DNA from: Mizuhopecten yessoensis
Lineage: Eukaryota
DNA length: 64,000 bases
Reading direction: 5' to 3'
Assembly (NCBI RefSeq): GCF_002113885.1
Contig: NW_018405055.1
Location: 698,905 to 762,904, forward strand
The translations under genes were made by a program, and so were the position numbers. This document shows, one piece after another, positions 39,381-58,174 of this stretch (within the stretch, counting starts at the first letter, position 1; each line of letters begins with the position of its first letter). Below the pieces are notes generated by a model. The model made no database searches, was not told where the DNA came from, and worked only from the letters and a program-made list of their open reading frames with translations.

Positions 39381-42300
39381 TTTATTACATCGAAATTTGG
39401 AAAGTGTAATTTAACATAGGTCATAATTTTGCAATGAATAAATTATCGCAGATCACGATTTTACACCAGCAGCATACGGTAGAATTACGACAACATGTCT
39501 GCGTCGTACGTGGGTAATTATTTGAGATTCAAAACAAAGACGATTTTTTCGTATTGTACGTGAACTTTGGTCAAACTTAAATAATTTAAGAAACTTATTG
39601 TTTGAACATCCGTCATATTTTACGGAAGACCATCCACTTGTATGCCTATTTCACGACAATGTAAATTCAATCTGGAGACGAGCTGTAATGGAATAACATA
39701 GTACACATGTTAGTTGAAAGCTTACATCACATGTATAGATGAAGCAACAACAAAAAAAAAAAAAAATCTGGCCAAGAGTTACTTTCTCGTCAATGTATTC
39801 ATATCTCGCATGTTTTGCTGCAGTGCTGCATTAACTCCTAGATAGCAACATTGGCAAATTGTAGGATTTGTATTTAAAAGTGCCGACCAACTGACTATGG
39901 TAGCAGGAACTAACCAACAGGGCACATTACATCTTAACTCGTCAGGTTGTCAGTTTTGACTGTCTTTTGATAGGTTTAGTTTCACTATGACCTTGAATGT
40001 TTGAGGTCAGCAGCAAAAATGGTAATTAAATTTTATTTAATGAACTTAATCAAGGCTGAAAGGTATAAAAAAAAAAATGAAAATATTACTGAATTCTTAC
40101 GATTTTTTATTTCCTCTCATGCACAACATGTTATACAGGCTAAATGACAACAGAATTTATGACAATATATCTCAAAAGTATGGATGATGTATGTCACTTT
40201 CATCAACACATACCGTAATGTTTTACAAAAGACTTCACACATACAACTACACAACTTTGTGTAGATAGGGTTGGATAAGGTTCATCCTGATTGGTGGATT
40301 GTTAATGGGCTGAACACACCAATTAATACCCCTTACCTTAAAAAATCTTCAAATGTATAAATGAAAAGCAGAAAGATGGTAAGTACAAAAGTCAGCAGTA
40401 TCCCACCATACTGCATATAAATAGACACTTAATTATTTTCGTATGTATTACACTATAATAATTACTATTGTAGAAGCAGAATATGAATTGAATTGTAAAT
40501 CACCAACCAGGTTACATCTTGTACTGTCCTCTATCTCAATACAACAGTACTTGGTGGTACCCAGTACTAAAAACATCTGGATGGCTCAAAAGGTGGATTA
40601 CAATTGTTGTCAGGGTGAACCCTATGCCAAATCTATAATCTAACAATCAAACAGAATTACGATTGTACATGATACATCACACTTTGGCTCTTGGATCAGG
40701 TCATGAACTGAAAAAAATGTAAAATGGCCTAAGACATCAGTGTTAAGCAGATAAATAGATCTAGTACTCGTACCCAAAAACACTAGCTTACACTTACAGA
40801 GAAGTTCAACTCCGAGGCAACATATTAAACTTATAAATTAAAGCTAAGAAATTTCATGAAGGGTTAATAATATTTATCTTTCCACCAAACACAAAGAATA
40901 CAGATTAATCAAACTTAATAGTACAAACAATCATTACAATTAATTCATTTTCACATACAGCGAGTAAACCAAGATACCTACACAAGGAAAAATCAGAACC
41001 CACATTTCAGACACCAAAATGATCATTATGTGGCACCAACACAAAATGTCTTCTCTCGAATGTTTTGTTATTATGTTTTGTAACTTTTATGAACTGCTTA
41101 ACCTGTGAATACTTTTCATTACATATTCAAGAAAAAAAATGGATGGAAAGAAAGCAACAAGCATGTTTTAACAATGCTTGTTCAAAATTTCTTTTATCAT
41201 AAAATATATACTTCCTTCATTTAATAAATTCATTGCAGTAGATTTTTTTTATAAATTAAAAAAGTAATTAAATCAAAACACAGAAAGGCAAATGAGTGTC
41301 TCCAGAGAAACATACTTATTGTACATCAGAAGAAATTAGTGTACACAAATTTGCATTAAATGTACAAGAGAAAATATACAACAAACTAAACATATTTTCA
41401 CAGAGAGGCTTTGCAAATAAATGAAGTGTTTCAGCATGTAACACCTGCCCTACATTTATCTTACAAATGTAAGGTGCCCTTAAAAATACAGTACTCCGGT
41501 ACAGGAATCTTGTATACCAGTAATCTGACAGTCAATTGGCGATAGACAAGGTATACAAAATGTACTGGTATTGGAGGTTCCCAGACACTTGTTATCAGTA
41601 TACACACCTACCTAAATCAGAGTATTCTCAGGCAGGAATGATACAAAACACTCAAGGCTAGAACTGAATAACTGTTAGTTTGTGTATTTATATACCGCAT
41701 ACCGAGCAATATTTCTGTGAATGATTGCAACAATATATATATATCTACGGTGTGGCTCGTACCGGGTAAATGTATACAAATATCTTAAATAGAAAAAACG
41801 CACATTCCAGAAAATTGAAATGACTTAAAAAAAGATGGAAGATGAATGTAGCTTTTTGTAAGCAACTTGGCATTCTGAATTAAACATACAAGTATCATCA
41901 TGTAGAGCTCATTATTACATGAATCAAAATTACTGTACTGCATGTTTTCCACTTCATGAAAGTTGCTCATTTATCTGGATAAAAAAATGTCACATAAACA
42001 CCAGTCTAAAATATAACTTAATCATATGATTATTCATTTACATTCCACACTTTATAGTAGCGTTTATCTTTAGTCATATTTCAGCATCTACATCTCATGA
42101 ATAGTATACACAAATTACTACTTCGACTTGTGTTAGAAATGACGTGGAAATAACATAAATTTCGAAAATATTGTATTTATCTATTAATGCTTATAAAAGG
42201 GAAGTTGGACAGACTGATCCATTATATAATCTCAGATTTATAGGTAAAAGTTTTAGCATTCAAGAAACTAAAATCTACTTTACCTTCAATCAATCAAGTT

Positions 42301-42550
42301 TCCCCCCCAGATTAAGATGATACATTTTGAAAGGATAAATTCAAGTCAACCTACTTTAATACACAATAGTGTAACTTTAGTGAATATGACATTGAACGCA
42401 AACACAAAATTTAATTATTTTTAGAAGTCCAACCCCGAGACTAGAAATGCAATATAAACAAATTCAGGCCTGAAAATCAATGTTCTATTAACTGGCTTGC
42501 GTGACACTAATTAAACAGTCTATACTATGGTATCAATTAGACAGCTTTTA

Positions 42551-46747
<4,197 letters not shown>

Positions 46748-47125
46748 TTTGGCTTCGGCGAGGCTAAAGTGATTGCCTGCAAATTGAAGCCACGTACCCT
46801 TGTGTGGACCAGAACCGGAAATATGAAGCTGTGAATACAATTGATGTTACTCCCTCGCTTTATAACATCCTTTTGTTTATTCTAAACGACAACAAAAGGA
46901 TTGTGTAATCTGATATACAAATTGATGTGTTCAAATTCCAGTTCAGGTATCAATTGATTACAATGCATTGATTTGCTCTAATTTAATATTTACATATCAT
47001 TTTTTATTATCTTAGTGAGGAGTTAAGATGTTAATTGGAACAGCCTGCCACGTTCATAACAAGTGCCCTCTGTTGGATATTGTAGAAATAAACATCCGGT
47101 ATGGTCGATAATCATTGTTATAAAA
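46748..47125. promoter_or_regulatory. Bidirectional promoter shared by SURF4 and TADA1
   Basis: Only 378 bp separate the two divergent ATGs. There is an ETS-type ACCGGAAAT at ~46814 and a YY1-type AAAATGGCCGCC overlapping the TADA1 start codon. Confidence 0.75.
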
Positions 47126-50100
47126 ATGGCCGCCGCCTGTGATCTCAATGCGGCAAAAAAGAATTTACAAGAATCTTTAGGCGAGAATATGAAAATGTTA
47201 GTATAAGTCGACCTCAAAGCACGATATTCATTTCTTCTTATAAAAAATGCTATGTAAAATTGCATGTCGGGGTTTTCAGTTCGAAATTAATTATAAATGT
47301 AATTTGTTTAGAGATTGGCAATCACTGAATCAGGTTGTTGTTAATTTGTTATGGCTTCATCTGTTCATAACTGTAAAGCTTACAGAACTGAACGGGTTGG
47401 AATTTCCTCTCACTTTGATGACGCACTGGCACTACAACGCATCATCTCAAGTCAGAGAAAAATACCCTCAACTCGGACCAATTTGTGTTTACCTGTTTAC
47501 TGATGCACAGATTACAAATGTCGTCGCGGACCAGACTCAAATTTCAGCAAGTTGTACTATTTTATGTAAATTAAAGTTGTTACAAATGCACAGTATGTTA
47601 GTTAGCATAAGCTAAGTCTATATCATGTTACATGTATGTCAGTTTGTTAATTCATTGTATGGGATATTATAGGATTAAAAGGTATGAGTTGAATTGTTCT
47701 TTAGAATGAACAGTAATCAAGAATGTATTTTCTGTTATTTATTCACAGATATCTACAAAACCTCAAGTCATGGTTTAAGCAAAAAGTAAGTTTTTATCTT
47801 CCTTTTTATTTATTTTTATTTTACCTATATGCTATTATTACATTAACGTTGATGGTTTTAAAGGTATGCAGTTTAATAGAAAATATTCCTTAATATGCAA
47901 TATCATAAACTTCACATCAGTATAAGCATAAAACACTTTTTTTCCACCAGATTTCTAAAGAAGACTTTGATTTGGAAGCCCGCAGTCTTTTGTCAGATGA
48001 TGCAGGTAAATCTGACTTCTTTGCTAATTCCATAATTTAAAGGTACATTAAATTCAATTCATTCATTAACTTAGGCCTTGCGACCCATCAGTTCATAAAT
48101 ATGTGAATACATTACATAGTAAACGACGGCACGACAAACAGTGGAAAGTGTAGTACATACATGTGTATCTTATTAAATTCTTAATTTATTTGCTTCCTAA
48201 ATATATTTACAAAGTTGACACAGTTCCTTGGTGTTGTTAACACACAATAATTGTATAAATTTAAACATAGATGTTTTTCCAGTAATGCTACAGTGCCTTA
48301 TAACTGTGACTTGCAAGTTCTTTTCAATTATTGGATCATGCTAAATGATAACTTTAAAGGAGATACATTTTCTAGCAAAAGTAAAGGGGTTGTGGTTGAA
48401 CAATTCCATCATCCTACAGCTATAACACTAAATATTGTACACTTCTGGAGTAAGAGATGTAATGTAGCAAATAACCTGTTTTTATTCATAATTCCATTGT
48501 CTAGATTAGTTTGAAACATCTTGTTTCCTTTACAATTTTTGTGTGTTTTCATGTTCATCTTTTTACAGTAATTTTTTATAATTTTGTATTTGCAGTCCAT
48601 CTTCATAATGAATTTCTTTTGGCAATCATAGCTCGCTGCCAAACTCTGAGTTCATCATTAGGTATGTATGGTAACATTTTGCGTCTTAACATATATACCT
48701 GGGAGATTATTTTAGAATTTTTGTTGTAAGATTTCTAATTTCCATCAAAAGTCCAGGAATGTAATAAATCTGTGTGCAGAATCCATGTTTCCATTGATTT
48801 TAATTGAATCTTCGTAATATGTACATCTACAATAACCTTTTACATGTATTAATAAAAAGAAAGAAAGAATCCCTAAAAATTTGATCAAAAAATTTTGAAT
48901 AGATTTTTGGACAGGCTTAGCAGCTGTTTTACTATTTTCTTTCAGAATAAAAAGCAACCCCATATCTTATAAGGAACTGTGAGTCATATAATATGAAAAG
49001 ATTTGATCATAAAAATGATTGATATGACAAAATTGAAGATGCATTAAGTTGTTGATGGACAGTTTGACAATACAAAAACAGACGAATCTGTTAACCCTAC
49101 ATAAGAGCATACATAGATTCTAACTTTGTTTTCAGTTCCAAAAGAAAGCAGTTTACTGGGTAAAGGTAGTAGTGATCCATCAAAACAGTCGAAACCTCTC
49201 AGGCCAAAGTTTCGGAAACGTCCCCCTAGTTCTCGGAACACATTCCAAGTGAGTTTATTTTCAATATTTAATTCATTTGTTTTATGTATCAATTCAAAAA
49301 TCTAATTTGAATAAATGATCTATGGTTAAAAAAACCACATTGCTAAATACTGTTTGTGCCATTTGTTTTACTGTAGTTTTTTTTTTCACCTACAGGCTAC
49401 TGCCTCATTGTTTTATAAGTGATTTTTTTTTATATCTTTGAAAAGAATCAGTGTTTATTTCTCTTTTATTGTGCTTTTCTTTATATCAACAGCAAAGATT
49501 TGTACCTGCTAATCCAGTCGTTCATCTTCCGGAGGTCAACTTCAAAGGGGCAGATGACATTGGTAAGGTAGAAAGACAGAGACAATCACATTTACATTTG
49601 AAAACATGAATTACTACAATTAAGGAATAAGTTTCATGAGTTAATTGCTGCAAATCAAGTGATGTGTTAGATGAGTGTTGGTAACTTCCTGTATTGCAGT
49701 GTTTGCTGCGCGAGAGTTATCCCTCCCTGATATCACTATGGTACATGGTCGTATGCTGGTGTGTGCATGGGAGTCGGGTCTTGATGATGTCTCAGACATG
49801 GCAGTGAGACTGGTGATGCAGTCCATTGAGGTACGTTAGACTGACAGGAAACATTTAGAAAATGAATGTGAACAAATATTTCAGAGTCGTTTTCTTAAAA
49901 CTGCTTTTCAAATGTTTTAATGAAATACAAATTCAGGCAAAATGGAAATGAAAATAAGTATATTTCTTTGTGTGATGGTAATATATTTTTTTTTTCTTTC
50001 TTTAGACTGACTCTAGAAATTGTGTGAATCGTACACAAATTCTCCAGTCGTTGAAATATTTATTTCCTGATCAAAATAGCCATAGATTCAACATTTCCAT

Positions 50101-52759
50101 TTCCAGAACCAGTTAAAGAATTTGATATCAGTAGTGCTGTCTCAAAGAAGTGGATACAAGCTAAGAGAGAAAAAATTCAAATTTGCTGTTGGCACGCAAG
50201 TAAAAAATCCTTACTTGAGACATGCACCTTTAATTGAAGATGAAAACACAGAGAGGTAAGTTTCATAAAAAAAATGCGTGTACATATAAATAAATATTCA
50301 TCCTATCTCATGTTTTACAAATCTTAGGAAATTATGTTACTTCAAATGTTATTGAGGCCTTCAATTTGGGTCAATATCTAAATTGATTTTTTTTATGTCT
50401 AAGCTATGACAAAGTTAATCAAACCTACTTGTTTAAAATATGACTGGTCTCCGCCAAATTTCTGATGACATTTTCTGTTTGGGAAAGATTGTATGTAAGT
50501 TACAGAATTTTAAGGAATTCTGTATCCTATTTATAAGATTGAATGAGAAAAAAAACCTGTTGAACTCTTTGCAGTGAAGCGACAATGATATCACAGACAG
50601 GAAACCACATCCCCAGTCGGAAGTCACCACTAGAAATCGGAGAGGGAGCAGCTGCAGAACAGCTGGCTGCAGCCAATCAACCAATGTACAAAGGGCCTGT
50701 ATCTCTGTTTGATCTGGTCCACTGTTTACAGGTATTGATCTTGCTATGTATCTGATACGCTTTATACGGTTTTCGTCTCACCACCACAAAGAAGTGGAGG
50801 CAAGACTGAGGTGTTGCGTTTCCGGCAACGGCGGCGTCAACATTAAGTTTTTGTGTTTAAGTAAGTTTCACTGAAAGTATAATTGCTAGACCAACCAAAC
50901 TTGGACCATAGATGCATCTTAGGTAGTACATCTCAACCTATGCATCAAATGCTGGATGCAGCCTCCCTTTCATGGTCCATTGACTTTGTCAGTATCTCCA
51001 TCAACATTAACTTTTTGCGTTTAATTTAGTTTCTTTGAAACTATAAGTGCTAGACCAACCAAACTTGACATGTGCATTGATGGTCAAAACAGGGCACAGG
51101 CGAGACGTATCAATCAAAATAGCTTGTTATCATTTTTAACCAAACCTTGTGAAAGTTGTTCAGACAGGAAGTCTTACACAGAGTTAGACATAAGTGATTG
51201 AACGAGCTTTTTGTAGGTCATTTGATTTATGTGTAGGTAATTACATTGATTTATCAACTAAGTAATGATAATAAGATTTATGGATACTGTTGTTAATACC
51301 TGTCAGTTGAACTGTATTTTAGATGCTGTAGAAGTTATGAATCATTTACTGCCGTGCCGTGTATCCCACTGAGTTCCCCCCCCCCCCACCGCAATTCTGA
51401 CATATGATGTTACTTAAATGGTTTCACTACTTGTAGATAAAGACATACATTCAAATGAACTTGTATTAAATACATGTAATTGTAAATAATATTTTAACAA
51501 TATTGCAACAAATCTGAAAAAGATGGAAAATCTCAAAAACTACAATTTCTGTATTCAAACAAAGTTAGATTTGTGTTATATCTGTAATTTACACATCTTA
51601 TAAAAACTGGATTAGTGTAGAAGATATAGAAATATGGTTGTATGACACAGACCTATGGATATTAATGTCAGAGAAGAAAGTAAATATTTTCACATTTTCT
51701 GACTTAACTCCCTTTATCAATTTACATTCTGATATCTGATATGCACTTTCAATATTCAGAATGAATAATTAAATCTAATATTGAAACAACACATTTCGGA
51801 ACAATATCTAGCCCATCTCATTTCTTTTAATACAAGTAATACCTTTTTCTATTTTTCCTTTTCAGCTTTACAAGAGTGCTATTCCCTCTCACACTGTTTA
51901 CTCTGTGGCTGTTGAACGAGTCATCCATCGTCTGTGGCACCCGTGCCATGAGGAGATCAACCAAGATATCATTCACGCACAGGAAATGGCATTAAAGCAA
52001 CAGATGGCCACTCCAACACTGTCTGGTATCCAGGCAACTGGTGGCCATTACACATCAAAATATCATAGTCACCATGGAAAACACCATCACCACCACCATC
52101 ATCACCATCACCACCACCATCAACATAGATCTGAACACCAATCAGGACACCACAAGGTGTCAGAGTCTACTGGACATCACCAGGCTGAACAAGTGAAATC
52201 AGAAAATGTCAAATCCGAACACTTGAAATCCGAACTTCACAAGTCAGATCACCAATCTGTAACACAGCATAGTGGAGAGCCGAGGTCCTCAGGAATGTAT
52301 CAGAAATTGGAGAATCCTTCCACAGTTGAGATCAAATCAGAGCATATGTCCCCAGCATATGTGAAATCTGAGCATTCGGGACAGCTGAGGGTGGACCAAC
52401 ATACTGGAGCAAATCTTAATGCAGAGCCACCAACAATACCAGGACAGCTTCTTGCTCAACAGCTTACCGGTGGATTTACAAATTTAAAATCAGAACAATC
52501 TAGCCAACATTCTGTTGGGAGTAGGACAGATTCATCTAGTAGTCTGCACCAGACTGGTTACTCCTTGCAAAATTTAGGAAGCCACCAGGCTGCCAGTCAG
52601 CTCATGGTGCCGGACGATTCAATCGACCTTCTGGATGACAGTTTGCTTGACCAGCAGATGACCAGTCTTTTCTCCAGTGGACAGGGGCTGACAAGGCAGA
52701 CGTCTCTCGATCAAAGTCTGGCTGAATTTTTTTCTGTTAAGTTTCCAGACAATACATAA
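47126..52759 (+). CDS. TADA1: Transcriptional adapter 1 (SAGA subunit Ada1), 580 aa including a long His-rich C-terminal extension
   Basis: join(47126-47196,47749-47785,47951-48005,48596-48661,49136-49248,49493-49562,49700-49830,50107-50255,50575-50731,51866-52759), 1743 nt, GT-AG, phases consistent. [47 protein letters not shown]...HLHNEFLLAIIARCQ matches the TADA1 N-terminus. LPDITMVHGRMLVCAWESGLDDV...NQLKNLI is the histone-fold region, and IPSHTVYSVAVERVIHRLWHPCHEE is the conserved C-terminal block. Confidence 0.94.
50770..51128 (+). mobile_element. Short HINE-like element with two ~164-bp internal repeats, in the last TADA1 intron
   Basis: subTIRs GTCTCACC (50775) / GGCGAGAC (51099), CGG-type microsatellite, TCAACATTAA...TGCTAGACCAACCAAACTTG repeated at 50837 and 51001, terminal CTTGTT. 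Confidence 0.65.
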
Positions 52760-55700
52760 TATATATGTATATAGATATATTTAATCAACAGTTTTGGTCT
52801 CATGCATATTAATTTTCTGGTCAATTTTGAAACTTAGAGAGGATTACCATGTATTAGACTTGCGGTTTCTTTTCCAGTAGGTAGTTTTGAGATTTTAAAA
52901 TACTTACTAGTGCAAATATTCACCAAAAGTGCTGATGTTGTTAGCAGAATATTTTCATTGGTAAAATTTGGTGTTTTTGAGAAAAAATTAACATCCCTTT
53001 CTTCACCTAGATTGTATACCTAGATTTTCGTTAGATAGATAAGGCAGTACATGTGTCTCCCAAAATTGTCATAGATTTTGCCTGTTAATTTTGAACAAGT
53101 ATTTTTTTGTAGAGTTTAGTCATTTTTTAATTCGTTACTAAACATGTAAGAGTTTGCAAAATAGCACACATGTAACGTAGAAACATGTTAATGTGCAATA
53201 CAAAATATTAAATGATTGCCAATTAGATTTGGGAAGATATACACAGGCAGAAATATAAACAACACTTTGAGAATTTGAAATACAAAGCGATATGAGTATA
53301 TATATATATATGTGTACATTTTTATACAGACAATTGTTCATTTCTTAGGATGGAATAGAAATATTGTATACAGTGTACTTGGAAAGTTTTGTGGCAGTTT
53401 AACTTTTGTCTTTTTCACCCTCCTTACTGAGTCATCACAAATTATCATGACAGCAAGTTTTACCACTATTAGTAATTTCATGCAAAGGGCAAAATTAACA
53501 CAAGATGAGAAGGGATCTTGCCAGTGTAGGGCAAGTGTTTGACTGGGTGTTGTACAGGAGTGTCCACAGATGCTCTTATATGGTTGAATTTGAATTACTC
53601 TCATTATGTGATATCAACGATAAGTGGATGTTTACCAACTATTAACTGTCAGTAGTTACCACAGCCAGTCACATTTACTTGGGTACATTTCAATCTTGTT
53701 GTGATAAAGCTAACACATGTTGGATGAGGTACATTCTGTGTCAATAGAATGTTTGTAATGTATACAACAATCCACGATAAAATGGTCGTGTTTAGTTATA
53801 GGCATTTTCATCATATACAGCAGGGGTTATGTCGCTAGGATTCATTGCAATATACTTTTTTGAAACCTTTTTTTTTACAAAATTATATTTTGTAAAATGT
53901 GACAAATATCAGATTGGAGTATTTATGGTAAATATTTGTAGTTTGACTACAATGTTGTATTGAACTTTGATGTTTCATGGAGGTAAATATAGATATCCAA
54001 CTTTGCCAGTAAGCAGTCAGATACAATGGATGACATATCAGGTCTACTTCATTGAACTTATTTATCAGCCAAATGAAGATCAATATTAATAAAGGTTAAT
54101 AATTGATTTTTGCTGCATGACTAACAAGTGCCTAAACTTGGATGCTTGCATAAACAATTTCTCTGTCTAATAATTTCTTTTCATGAAACTTCTGCATCAG
54201 ACAGATACATGTGTAACTTATGAATCCACCTTTACCATATGTCCAATTGTTGTGAAATCCCATTTTACCTCTCATAACATTCCAGAACAACTTGCATTTG
54301 AAATTGAGAAAGTTATTTCTTTATTAAAACCAGTGAGAATACAACAAAAGAAATAGTTAACAACACCAACCAGTCTTTGTCCTTTGAATGACATTATGTG
54401 ATATAATGAAAATAATCTTGGCTTTTAGTTAATATTTAGTTTCACTCATTGAAATGTAATATCACCCTTGAACATGGCCACAGTGAAAACCATCTTTTCT
54501 CAGGTAGATGGCATTTTAGCAGTTATTCTATAAGAAGAGATTAAAAGTGTTGAACGCTTATGATATTTTAATGATATGTGTTTGCTTACGTAGCATCTAT
54601 AGAATCCAAGGAAATGTGAACAAATATGATCATGTTTTCTGAAAAAATGTTTGTACGATCATGGATGAGATGCACAAGAATATGATTTGTATAATTTATA
54701 AATTATATATTTTTGAATGAAAACAACAGTTTTTAAATCTAGTGCTCTCTCATTTAATACTGCACATATATTTCATTTGTCTGATGGAATATCTTAATAT
54801 TTCCACCCTGGTTTCTTTGTAATGATGTTTGTTTGTTTGTGTTTAATGGCCCATTGACAGCCGTGGTCATTGAGGATTTTTTTTTTTTAAACAAACATGT
54901 GATTAGTGAAGATAAAATCAGATAAAAATGAATACTTTAAAAACCATTCGCATTGTATGTGTAAATAATTAAAATAAAAAAGTGGTTATTTTTAAAATAA
55001 TAAAAGAGATACCGAATAGATGATATGGAATATGTGATATATATATAACGTCAAAGATTGTAAGTTGGGTTAAAAGGCATCATAAAATATTGTTATCCTG
55101 TCTCATATGAAATATATATAGTATTCAACGGGCAACCATTGTAAATGCTCCAAGTATATACCTTATGAAAATCAAATAACTGCATATGTTAGTAAAGCAG
55201 GGCTTACAATAGATCATTGAGTGTGTTTTTGACTCCCCAAAATGCACTTTGACTATTTGAGTTTTAAAGGACAAGTCTATTTGACATACATTTTGACTTT
55301 CTAAATTCAGAAAAAAAATCTATTTAACTACTGACATTATCAAATGTCAATAGTCAGCTGAAAGCCTTGTAAAGTACATTTTGTATATCGGTTCTAAAAG
55401 GTTCCATGACGGCCATTATTTTTTGGTTGAAAATATGTATTAGTGCTCTTATTTTGTCCGGGAAAGTTTTGAAAGGATTAAATCATGATTGAAGATATTT
55501 ACCCAAAACAGATCGAAAGATGATGTATTGAGTGGTTTTGATTGAAATAATCAAGTGATGTAAATATCTGGAAAGGAGGAAAAACATCCCCACACAACAT
55601 GTTAATAAATACTAGTTTCCTGTCTCTTGTCTTAGGCTATGATAGAGTAACACGTCTATTTAAGTAACGTACAGTATTATTTGCGGGCATGTAATGCTAT

Positions 55701-56973
55701 TGTCTATATGCATGTTCATCAGCAATACAAATGTAGTTAATTATGATGTAGTTTAAGTAGTCTATATCTCATCAGATATAATACAACCTTTTTTGTAACT
55801 TAAATTGTGTCAGAAAAAGTGTTTTTAATCAATTTATTTTGAGGACAAACAGGAGAATGTTCTTACTTAGATATCTGGACACCACAGATCATTGAGCTTT
55901 TATTACGACGCCGCTATAATACAGTAATCTTACCAGAATTAATATAAAAAATGTTTCTTAAAAATAAAAACAAATCACATGGTTAAGTTGATAAGCTCAT
56001 GTTAGGAAGAAGTTTGTGGTTTAGTAGACAAAAATAATAAAAAGAACGATCATAACTAAAGTTACACGGTTTCAGAAACTGAATTATTTGGTGTACTCGG
56101 ACAACTATATCTTGAATTATAGATCTCACTCACTTGGTTCACTCAACAATAGAAGAGATGAAGTGATACCACATATTTCGGCTGACTTAATCTCACATCT
56201 TTGTTGTTTTATACTAACACAGATAGATTCATCTGATAACGAATAGCTGGAAGACCTGTTGAAAGAGAAAAACTTAGACACTGTATACATTTCTGATGTC
56301 CAGAAGTCAGTCAAATCTTCGATCCAAATACACTACTGAAAATTCACAATATCATGTAATACTGACCTCTGACATACAACTCTTCTGGATGACTGTTTCA
56401 TTGAGTAATGCTGTTTATGTTATTGTTTGTATTTGTAAATCGTTGTTAAATTTCCGTTTGTTTGTATTACATAATGCAACATAGATCACTGCCTATTTTC
56501 CTATTTTATGTACTTTTCTATGCATTTGACATACATTAAAGAAACCTTTAATTATTCTGTTTTTTCTGGCATGTTCAGTAAAACTGAAATATTTGGTAAT
56601 TGCTAAATCAAAATATCTAAGGAAATATTCACCATTAAAATACTGTGTTGAATTTATAAATTGTTTGGTATGTGGAGATATTCAAATGATAGCTTCTGAA
56701 ACTTCATATCATGCAATATTCAGTGTATAACTGAAAATGTTCATAACTCCTCCACTGAAAACTAGACATCCTGCCATTGATGAAGTTTCTTTCTATTAGT
56801 GCATTTTCTCAATACCTTTATGACACGCGATAGATTCATCTGATCCTTGCAAATGATTACGTGGTATTAACATTTCATCCCTGTGTAACTTAAGTAGACT
56901 CTACCATGCATTGATCTGGATGAGTCCATTATGGTCGATAGTGGTGAAAGGGTTAACCCGGAACTTATTAAAG

Positions 56974-58174
56974 AACAAGAGGCCCAATGGGCCTGCATCG
57001 CTCACCTGGTAAACATCTTACACTTGTAACCTTAAAAGTGATCTAAAATAAAGCTCCAGGCAAAATATGATTAAAAGTCATTCAAAAGAACCGGTTAACA
57101 GATTTACAAACATTTCACCCCTGTCAAACAAGGTCTTAATGTTGAACACATTTTATAGCCCTTCATCTCAGGATGCAACTTGCAAAATATCACCATTCTA
57201 TCCTTTTGTTTATTGAAACTAGGTCATTTAAATGTTTATACATATTTGACTAAATGTGACCTTGAAAAGTGGGTCAAAGTCATTCAAATGAAAAATCTTG
57301 ATAGCCCATTCATCTAAGCATGCTACTGGCTAAATATCAACATACTACGCCTTATGGTCGTTTAAAGACTTTAATATGTTTGATCCCTGTGACTTTGGAT
57401 ATAATTCAAGGTCATTCAATTGAACAAACTTGGTAGCCCTCCATCCTAGCATGCTATTTGCCAACTATCAACATCCTGGGCATTTTGGTTATTCAGAAAA
57501 AGTTGTTTAAAGTGTTTTTTAGACAATTGACCCCTGTGACCTTGAATATGAGTGAAGGTCATTCATTTAGACAACCTTGGTAGCCCTTCACCCCAGTATG
57601 GTTCTGGACAAATAGCATCACCCTAGGCATTTTCGTTATTCAGAAGTAGTTGTTTGAAGTTTTTAACATGTTTGACCCGTGTGACCTTGAATATGGGTAA
57701 AGGCCATTCATTTGAACAAACTTGGAAGCCCTTCATCTTAGCATGCTACTGGCCAAATATCATCCCCCTAGGCATTTTAGTTATTCAGAAGTTGAATAAA
57801 GTTATTTTAGAACAATTGACCCATGTGACCTTGAATATAAGTCAAGGTCATGTAATTTAACAAACTTGGTAGTCCTTCATCCCAGCATGTCCCTGGGCAA
57901 ATATAACCCTGGGCATTCTGGTTATTCAGAAGAAGTTGTTGAAAGACTAACATATTTGACCCCTGTGACCTTGAAAATGGGCAAAGGTCATTTATTTGAA
58001 CAAACTTGGTAGCCCTTCATCCCAGCATGCTACTGGCCAAATATCATCACCCTGGGCCTCTTGGTTATTCAGATGAAGTTGTTTAAAGTAAAAAGTTGAC
58101 GCCTGACAGACGGACGACGGACGCCGCACCACGGCATAAGCTCACTTGGCTCTTTGGACCAGCTGAGCTAAAAA
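56974..58174 (-). mobile_element. HINE-like element with ~6-7 tandem repeats of ~145 bp
   Basis: The reverse strand starts TTTTTAGCTCAGCTGG...CCAAGTGAGCTTATGCCGTGG + GTCC microsatellite and ends CAGGTGAGCG...AGGCCC-ATT-GGGCCT-CTTGTT. GTGAC(C/T)TTG recurs at 57256, 57389, 57536, 57681, 57825 and 57965. Confidence 0.85.

Noticed and set aside
28389-42550. U6atac snRNA or snoRNAs, expected by analogy with human 9q34
   Set aside because: I found no sequence matching U6atac and no convincing C/D or H/ACA structure by eye; an Infernal/Rfam scan would be decisive.
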